Assembly: GCA_947476275.1 (NCBI GenBank)
Contig: CANJPQ010000003.1
Coordinates: 69,189 to 133,188, forward strand
Length of the DNA: 64,000 bases
Direction: 5' to 3'
Source of the DNA: Fidelibacterota bacterium
Lineage (GTDB): Bacteria > Pseudomonadota > Alphaproteobacteria > Rhodospirillales > Rhodospirillaceae
In this document: piece after piece, positions 58,327 to 64,000 of the stretch
Numbering within the stretch: the stretch's first letter is position 1
Layout: every line of letters starts with the position of its first letter
Position numbers and translations under genes: made by a program
The notes under the pieces: model-generated
Database searches by the model: none
What the model saw: the letters and a program-made list of their open reading frames with translations, nothing else
Told to the model about the DNA's origin: nothing

Positions 58327-59346
58327 TCAGGTCGCCCGTGCGACGTTCAGGGCCATCAGGCCTTGCGTCGGGACGACGCCCGCGCTGGTCCATCCCGAGG
58401 CGGTAAACAGCGCGTCGAATTCCTGCGCGGTGCGCTCCCGGCCACCGACCACCGTCATCATGACAATGTCCAATGTCTTGGCGGGATGCGGTTCCGGGCC
58501 CGTCGGCAAAAGCAATTCATACAGGATGAGGCGCGCGCCCTTGGGCGCCGCCCGGCGCAGGTTGGAGAGGATCGCGATTAATTCCGCGTCCGCCCAATCG
58601 TGGATGATGTGCGTCATCAGATAGAGATCGGCCTTCGGCATATCGTCCTTGAAGAAGTCGCCGCCGACTTTCGTCACCCGTGCATGATCCGGGGCGTTCG
58701 CCACCACGGCGGGCATGTCGAACAGCACGCCGTTGAGTGCGGGATGCGCGTCGAGGATGGCGCGCAGGAAATGCCCGCGGCCGCCGCCGATGTCAGCAAT
58801 GGTCGCGACGCCGGTGAGATCGAGCGCGGCCAGAAGTAGTGGAATGTCGCCATGGGATTTGGCGGTCATCGCCGCGTCGAATTGCCGGCCCAAGTTGGGA
58901 TTTTGCGCGTAGTAGGCCCAGACACCATCCGGGAAAACTGTCTCCGCCGCGACCCGGCCCGTGGTGAGGCTGTGCGACAGCGCGGCCAGCGAATCCCAGT
59001 TTGTGGGGTCGCCAATCATCGCCGCAAAAGCGCGCATGCTGTGGGGATGATCGCTGCGCAAGAGGGAAGAGGCGGGCGTGTGCCGCCAGCCGGTTGCGGT
59101 CAACTCAAACAGACCATGCGTCGCCAGAAGCCGGAGCATCCGGTTAAGTGCATCGGCATTCACCGAAGCTGCGTTTGCGATCTCGGCAACCGGGCGCGGC
59201 GTCTCGCCGATATGATCGGCGACGCCCGCGGTCGCGAGCACGTGGAGGCAACGCGATGCGTAGTGCGCGGTCACAACACTGCTGAGCGCGGCGGGTGGCG
59301 GCAATTCGCCCGGCGCGCCGTCTGTAAAAACCGACATGGATGACAA
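58327..59346 (-). CDS. O-methyltransferase (family 2, with N-terminal dimerisation/wHTH domain)
   Basis: IADIGGGRGHFL, VLFDMP, GGDFF, LMTHIIHDW. Confidence 0.85.
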   Translation of the reverse strand: MSSMSVFTDGAPGELPPPAALSSVVTAHYASRCLHVLATAGVADHIGETPRPVAEIANAASVNADALNRMLRLLATHGLFELTATGWRHTPASSLLRSDHPHSMRAFAAMIGDPTNWDSLAALSHSLTTGRVAAETVFPDGVWAYYAQNPNLGRQFDAAMTAKSHGDIPLLLAALDLTGVATIADIGGGRGHFLRAILDAHPALNGVLFDMPAVVANAPDHARVTKVGGDFFKDDMPKADLYLMTHIIHDWADAELIAILSNLRRAAPKGARLILYELLLPTGPEPHPAKTLDIVMMTVVGGRERTAQEFDALFTASGWTSAGVVPTQGLMALNVARAT

Positions 59347-59568
59347 CCCCCATAGCGAAAAAAGGCGCGTCGTTTCTAGGCGACTTCGGCGGGGCTCACA
59401 ACGTCAGCGTGGTGACGATTTTTTGCCGTGAGACCTGATGCCACTTTACGGGCGCCGCCGGCCGCTGTGTCCATACCTCATTGGATTTAGAAGGAAATGT
59501 GACGACGCTGTATGCGGTCGGGCGGTGAGCCTGACGCGAGTGGCGACCGGCACGCCGCAACGAGCTAG

Positions 59569-59831
59569 AACCGCACGCGCACCGGCGTGTCGTCGCGCTA
59601 TGTCTCGATCGACATTCCAGGCTACGACGATCTCGATCGCATCGGCTCCTGGGAAACCATCGACGCTTACGGCCCAGTATGGCTTCATCGGACCCCTTGG
59701 CCGACATCGGCACGGACAACGAAGAGGTGCCGCTCTGCGCCAACTGTGACCGCGTCCGCCTCGATCACGTCAACACGCCGCCGATGGATGCGTCGATGCC
59801 CGTCAACCCGACGGCGCGGCGGTTGCTGGCG
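59569..59831 (+). pseudogene. candidate frameshifted gene remnant
   Basis: Two consecutive plus-strand frames with protein-like composition and G/C-ending codons (...SIDIPGYDDLDRIGSWETIDAYGPV, then ASSDPLADIGTDNEEVPLCANCDRVRLDHV...), offset by one nucleotide near 59679. There is no credible start or stop. Confidence 0.3.
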
Positions 59832-62537
59832 CTACCACATTTCGTTGGCGTCTGCGCCGTAAGCAGTGATCGGTTCCTGGGCGTCGCGCGCGAGGGTCTC
59901 GAGCCATGCGAGCAGGCTCGGCAGGAAGACCGCGTCGTGACGCGGGAAGAAGAGGATGTTTCCCATCAACTGCGTACCGGCATCCGTCGCCGGCAATGCG
60001 TCCACCGTGATGGCGTACAACTGCGTGCGCCAGTCCTGTTCGGCGAAGGCGTTGGCGGGGCGCAGACAGACGACGCACGCGCCGTAGCCGAGCGCGTTCA
60101 TGCGAGCTATGGCGGCGGTCACGTCGCTGCGGCGTTGGCCGGAGAAGTGCTCGCCGAATTCGACCATGACAAGGCGCGGCTGCAGGGTCGTGAAATCCAG
60201 GCTGTCCAGGATCGCCAGGTCGTGCCCTTCCGCATCGATCTTGATGAAGCCCACGTCCTGCAGCCCTTCGCGGGCGACATAGGCGGACAGGGCGATCGCG
60301 GGAACCTCGATGGTGGCGGCGTCGCCTTGGAACGGTGACTGCGAGAGCCCCGACAGCCCCGGCGTATTGGCCAGGTGGAACGTGACGGATTTCCGGCCAT
60401 CGGTGGACACCGCACTTTTTTCCAAGCGCGCATGTTCGGGGAAGGCGGCCGTGAGGCGCGCGATTTGTTCGTGGCACCGCGGATCCGGTTCGAACATGAC
60501 GGCGCGCCAGCCTTCTTGGAGCAGCGGGGCGCTCATCGTGCCCATGCACGCGCCCACGTCCAGCAGGGTGCCGGGGCCGCCGGCGCGCAGATACCCGGCG
60601 ACGATTACCTGCATCATATCGAGATCGCCCCAGAATCCGAGACGCGCGGCGGCCTTGAGGCTCAGCGCGGCGATTCGGTCCGCGATCACGTGCAGCGGCA
60701 AGGCGCGCGTTTGGGTCACGCGCGCATTCCAATCTTCGCGCAGGGCCTCGAGGCCCACTGTCAGCTTCGCACCGAAAGCGGCGAGGTCGGTGATCGGCGG
60801 GCCTTCGGCGAGGAGAGCTTGCATACGCGCCTTGGCGGCGGCGCGCCGGGCCGGACTCATCCCCAATGTCGCGGCGCGGGCGATGTAGTCGTCATCGCTG
60901 GTGGCGATCCAATCGAACAGACCTGCTTCCTCCAGGATCGCGGCGCTGTGCAGGCCGCGCGAGTACAAGCCGGTGCGCGCGACATACGGCAACCCGGCAC
61001 AGAGGGCGTCGTACATCGAGGTGGCCGCCGAGAACGGGAAGGTATCCAAAAACACATCGGCGAGGCGCATCGTCGCTTGCAGATCGGCCATCGTCGGCAC
61101 CGCCGGCGCGACCACGATGCGTCCCGGCGAGATGCCCGCCTGCGCGCAGCGTTGGCGCAGCATGTCCGACAGCGCCGCCGCGGGATGCATCCCGCCCCAT
61201 TTCGAGCCGAATGGCATCAACATCAAATAGCTGTTCGGAACGCGGCGGAGGATCTCGACCCACGCGCTCAAGACGCGCGGGCGCAACTTGTAGAATGTGG
61301 CCGAGGAATAGAACAGTACGGCGTCCGCCGGGATGCCGTGGGCGGCACGAGAGACCGGCGTACTCTCTCCGCCGGCCAAGGGCGCGAGATCGTAGCAATT
61401 CGTCGAGCCCGGAAGGTAGATCAGGCGCTCGGTGTAGTGATTGGCCGCGTCCTCGGGCTCGTTGAATTGCCCTGTCAGCATGAAATCGACGTTGCGGAGT
61501 CCGGTTGTCACCGGCGACGCCAGGTTCGAGATCTGGATACGGGCCAACCGATGAGCCGCGAGAATCGTCGCGACATGCACGCTCGCGGTTACATTGTTCA
61601 CCACGACCGCGATATCGAGATCGAACGAGCGGATCTGCGCGATCGCCGCATCGACCTGCTCGGGAAGATCAACGACGCGATCGCAAGCGGAGGCGCAGGC
61701 TTGCCCGAGAATCCCGGAACGTGCGGTCGCACTGAACAGCAGGACCTCGCAACGGGTGCGGTCGAGGTGTTTCATGTGTGCCGAGAGGTAGGCACCCTCG
61801 GGACTGTCGGTCGGCCCCATGGTGACGAAGCCGATGCGCATGCGGTCGCGCAGCGGCACGCGCGGCAGGCATTGATCGACGCCGACGCCGATGCGCGCCG
61901 ACAGATCCTCCAAGATCCCGGCGCGGGCGTGCATCAACGGACGCAGGTTGGTCTCGCTGAAGTAGCATTGCAGGAAGGCGGTGCCGGACATGAAGGCGTC
62001 AATGAGATCGTCGGCGGCCGCGCGCGGTCCACGGATGATGCCGTATAGCTTTTGACAGAGCGCGGTGAGGAAGGCCGCGAGGACGTCGGCGTCCGCGTCG
62101 TTTGCCATCAAATCCGGCATCTCGAACGCCAGCGTTGCCCAGATGGGGCGCAAGCCGGGCGGCAGCGCAATCGTGGCATCGATCTCACCGACTTCGCAGG
62201 CGTGCCAGCTCAAGAGCAGCGCGGCGAACAGATGCCCGATGGAACCGCCGTGCGCCGCAGCGAGGTGGCGTGCGAAGGCTTCGTCGTCTTCCGGCGTGCG
62301 CTGAAAACTTGTCAGACCCACGGCGCGGCGTTGCGCGAACAGATCGTGCAGGATGGGCCCGGACTGTTCCAGCTCGGCGGCGCTGCGGGCGCCGAGTTCG
62401 CTGCACACGCGCAATCGCGCGGCGCGCAGCGCGGCCAGGTCATCGCTGGTGATCGAGGCCGCAAACGTCTGGGCGGCGCGCTGGAACGATTGCGCCAGCG
62501 CTTCGAGAGTAGGGCAGTCAGGGACCATCAAGAGCAA
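59832..62537 (-). CDS. fusion protein: helical N-domain + GT41 (SPINDLY/O-GlcNAc-transferase-like) glycosyltransferase + C-terminal FkbM methyltransferase
   Basis: GT41-like motifs: RIGFVTMG..., HRLARIQISNLASPVTTGL..VDFMLTG, FYSSATFYKLRP, ADVFLDTFPFSAATSMYDAL. FkbM-like motifs: LLDVGACMGTMS, VMFEPDP, FIKIDAEGHDLAIL, LVMVEF. Confidence 0.8.
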   Translation of the reverse strand: MLLMVPDCPTLEALAQSFQRAAQTFAASITSDDLAALRAARLRVCSELGARSAAELEQSGPILHDLFAQRRAVGLTSFQRTPEDDEAFARHLAAAHGGSIGHLFAALLLSWHACEVGEIDATIALPPGLRPIWATLAFEMPDLMANDADADVLAAFLTALCQKLYGIIRGPRAAADDLIDAFMSGTAFLQCYFSETNLRPLMHARAGILEDLSARIGVGVDQCLPRVPLRDRMRIGFVTMGPTDSPEGAYLSAHMKHLDRTRCEVLLFSATARSGILGQACASACDRVVDLPEQVDAAIAQIRSFDLDIAVVVNNVTASVHVATILAAHRLARIQISNLASPVTTGLRNVDFMLTGQFNEPEDAANHYTERLIYLPGSTNCYDLAPLAGGESTPVSRAAHGIPADAVLFYSSATFYKLRPRVLSAWVEILRRVPNSYLMLMPFGSKWGGMHPAAALSDMLRQRCAQAGISPGRIVVAPAVPTMADLQATMRLADVFLDTFPFSAATSMYDALCAGLPYVARTGLYSRGLHSAAILEEAGLFDWIATSDDDYIARAATLGMSPARRAAAKARMQALLAEGPPITDLAAFGAKLTVGLEALREDWNARVTQTRALPLHVIADRIAALSLKAAARLGFWGDLDMMQVIVAGYLRAGGPGTLLDVGACMGTMSAPLLQEGWRAVMFEPDPRCHEQIARLTAAFPEHARLEKSAVSTDGRKSVTFHLANTPGLSGLSQSPFQGDAATIEVPAIALSAYVAREGLQDVGFIKIDAEGHDLAILDSLDFTTLQPRLVMVEFGEHFSGQRRSDVTAAIARMNALGYGACVVCLRPANAFAEQDWRTQLYAITVDALPATDAGTQLMGNILFFPRHDAVFLPSLLAWLETLARDAQEPITAYGADANEMW

Positions 62538-62613
62538 TTCCGCGTTTCGACGGTCACGTATAGCGGCTCGTCGCCGTCCGACAAACCTTCGTCGTGACGC
62601 CGCGCGCGACGCT

Positions 62614-62659
62614 CAAAAAAACACCCCCCGGCGAACGCGGCTGGAGGGTGTGTCTTTTT
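62614..62659 (-). terminator. rho-independent terminator downstream of the DUF2892 gene
   Basis: On the minus strand: ACACCCTCCAGCCGC-gttc-GCCGGGGGGTGT followed by TTTTTTT. Confidence 0.6.
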
Positions 62660-62760
62660 GTGCTCGCGCAAGAGGGGCTTGAGGCGCGGACCCTCGATCA
62701 GGCTATTATAATCAAAGGCTTAGGGGGTTCTGGCCGATTGCCTCTGCGCAATGGCTACAA

Positions 62761-62961
62761 TTAGCGCTTGCACGTTGAGATGCCGATTAACGTGTAGGCC
62801 GGACAGAATCCGGCCAAGGCTGTCAGGAGCGGGACGACGCCGATCCAGCCAATCCAGTTCCACCCGGTTGCTGGAAAGCCAAACTGGAGGGCAAACGCAA
62901 TCAACACCGCGCCCGCGATGACGCGGATGGCTCTATCTATCGTTCCGACGTTCTTGGACAT
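62761..62961 (-). CDS. DUF2892 (YgaP-like) small membrane protein
   Basis: MSKNVGTIDRAIRVIAGAVLI... with two TM helices and a C-terminal Cys. Start trimmed to ATG 62961. Confidence 0.75.
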   Translation of the reverse strand: MSKNVGTIDRAIRVIAGAVLIAFALQFGFPATGWNWIGWIGVVPLLTALAGFCPAYTLIGISTCKR

Positions 62962-63068
62962 TTTTTGAATCCTACAACTCGTTGAACTGGCCTCACGCTG
63001 CGCCTGACGATGGTCGGGCACATTGATCAGCGTCAACGGGTCGCATCATATTGACTTGATCCTGTATA

Positions 63069-63082
63069 TTCATATATATGAA
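63069..63082. promoter_or_regulatory. perfect 14-bp AT-rich palindrome just upstream of arsR-family gene (candidate operator)
   Basis: TTCATATATATGAA, ending 3 nt before the ATG at 63086. Confidence 0.45.
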
Positions 63083-63085
63083 GGT

Positions 63086-63406
63086 ATGAACTTAAAGAAA
63101 ATGGAAAAGCTGGCGGGAGAGGTCAGCGCACTGTTGAAAAGCCTTTCCCATCCCAAGCGCCTGCTCATTCTGTGCCAGCTTGTGGAGCGGGAGAGGGCGG
63201 TTGGCGATCTCGCGGCATTGCTGGATGCGCGGGATGCGGCAATTTCTCAGCAGCTGGCTCTGCTCCGCAAAGATGGGCTGGTGAAGACCCGGCGCGATGG
63301 ACAGACGATCTTCTATAGCCTCGCACGTGACGACTTGAAGTCTTTGATCGGCTTTCTGTACGAAACTTACTGCAAGCAGACTCCTGTTCCGAGACGCAGA
63401 CGATGA
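63086..63406 (+). CDS. ArsR/SmtB family regulator, BigR/SqrR-like two-Cys persulfide sensor candidate
   Basis: LSHPKRLLILCQL (Cys30) and ...YETYCKQ (Cys96), 66 residues apart. Sits upstream of YeeE/YedE genes. Confidence 0.8.
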   Translation: MNLKKMEKLAGEVSALLKSLSHPKRLLILCQLVERERAVGDLAALLDARDAAISQQLALLRKDGLVKTRRDGQTIFYSLARDDLKSLIGFLYETYCKQTPVPRRRR

Positions 63407-63837
63407 CTCACTTCACCCCCTTCGCTTCACTCTTCGGTGGCGCGCTCATCGGGTTGTCTGCTGTCGCGCTCCTGCTTTTGAACGGGCGCATCGCCGGCAT
63501 CAGCGGTATCACGGCGGGGTTGTTGTCGCTTTCCGGGCAGGCGCCTGATCGCGGCTGGCGCATCGCGTTCGTCATCGGACTTGTCGTGGCGCCGCTGACC
63601 CTGATGCTCATAAGCGGTGAGCGCCCAGGCATCGATTTTATTGCGCCGTTGCCGATCATGCTTCTGGCGGGCTTCATTGTGGGATTTGGCACGGTGCTGG
63701 GGAACGGCTGCACAAGCGGTCACGGTGTGTGCGGCATTGCCCGCCTTTCGCCGCGCTCGATAATCGCGACGGCGGTCTTCATGACCACCGGCATCGCCAC
63801 GACATACGTTGTTCATCACCTTCTCGCTGGAGGCTAA
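63403..63837 (+). CDS. YeeE/YedE family sulfur-compound transport protein
   Basis: ATGA overlap with the regulator gene. GNGCTSGHGVCG motif; four hydrophobic segments. Confidence 0.85.
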   Translation: MTHFTPFASLFGGALIGLSAVALLLLNGRIAGISGITAGLLSLSGQAPDRGWRIAFVIGLVVAPLTLMLISGERPGIDFIAPLPIMLLAGFIVGFGTVLGNGCTSGHGVCGIARLSPRSIIATAVFMTTGIATTYVVHHLLAGG

Positions 63838-63840
63838 GCC

Positions 63841-64000
63841 ATGGCGCGTATTCTCGGCGGCCTGATCGCCGGTCTGCTCTTCGGCGTCGGCTTGTCGATC
63901 TCCGGCATGATCAATCCCGCAAAGGTCATTGGCTTTCTTGATATCTTTGGTGCGTGGGACCCCAGCCTCGCATTTGTGATGCTTGGTGGCGTCGCCGTTA
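63841..64000 (+). CDS. second YeeE/YedE-type membrane protein (3' end outside window)
   Basis: ATG 63841; [43 protein letters not shown]...; open to the window end. Confidence 0.75.
   Translation, partial: MARILGGLIAGLLFGVGLSISGMINPAKVIGFLDIFGAWDPSLAFVMLGGVAV

Noticed and set aside
59401-59430. Short hairpin CGTCA-gcgtgg-TGACG followed by a T-run on the plus strand
   Set aside because: The stem is only 5 bp and there is no upstream plus-strand gene. It is too weak to call a terminator or sRNA.
60375-62048. 557-aa plus-strand ORF opposite the GT41-FkbM gene (and 59803-60732 on the minus strand in another frame)
   Set aside because: These are shadow or off-frame ORFs with Arg-rich composition. 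The GT41 and FkbM motifs are all in the 59832-62537 frame.
1-64000. Scanned non-coding gaps for tRNA, rRNA, tmRNA, CRISPR repeats, IS ends, integrase or transposase genes
   Set aside because: No cloverleaf-compatible segments, no regularly spaced direct repeats and no transposase- or integrase-like ORFs were recognised. This was a by-eye scan only; tRNAscan/Infernal-type tools would be needed for certainty.

Overview
High-GC (roughly two-thirds G+C by eye, not computed) chromosomal segment. Gene content and local synteny look alphaproteobacterial, Hyphomicrobiales/Rhizobiales-like: a long class II NrdJ, an NDUFA12-like gene next to mlaD/DUF2155, RNase E with a large insertion in the S1 region, mrcA-prfB, and glnE-bcp. 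I call about 58 protein-coding genes. They are tightly packed, and many show 4-nt ATGA/GTGA stop-start overlaps. Order: FAD oxidase (partial); FkbM-like and SAM methyltransferases; ridA-DUF482-FkbM operon; serA; ABC-2 exporter pair; TonB / TonB-dependent receptor / PiuC / PepSY iron module; an orphan SMODS-like nucleotidyltransferase; nrdJ; NDUFA12-like + two MlaD + DUF2155; aat; accC-accB-aroQ; a thiS-thiG fusion; an orphan flgE behind a textbook sigma-54 promoter; yccF; DsbA; M48/TPR protease; PadR-DUF1700-GIN module; methyltransferase; short GGT-like lipoprotein; aminotransferase; rne; amidase; mrcA; prfB (+1 frameshift seen directly); DUF455-bcp-glnE; AsmA/YhdP-like giant; tyrS; anmK; hydrolase; Rrf2-NifS-ferredoxin-mnmA; O-methyltransferase; GT41-FkbM fusion; BigR/SqrR-like ArsR with YeeE/YedE genes (last one truncated by the window end). 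Many long ORFs in the track are antisense shadow ORFs of these genes, and several track starts were trimmed. I recognised no rRNA, tRNA, CRISPR array, transposase, integrase or prophage genes. I did not find a convincing complete novel multi-gene system. The best leads are: (i) the SMODS/CD-NTase-like gene with a degenerate catalytic triad directly behind nrdJ; (ii) the Rrf2-cysteine desulfurase-2Fe2S ferredoxin-CxxC-type MnmA module; (iii) a SAM methyltransferase with a Tat-like leader plus a small partner ORF; (iv) the GT41-FkbM fusion, next to a frameshifted gene remnant; (v) unusual low-complexity appendages on Bcp and RNase E; (vi) several intergenic repeats and dyads. All family assignments come from motif recognition by eye, not from searches.
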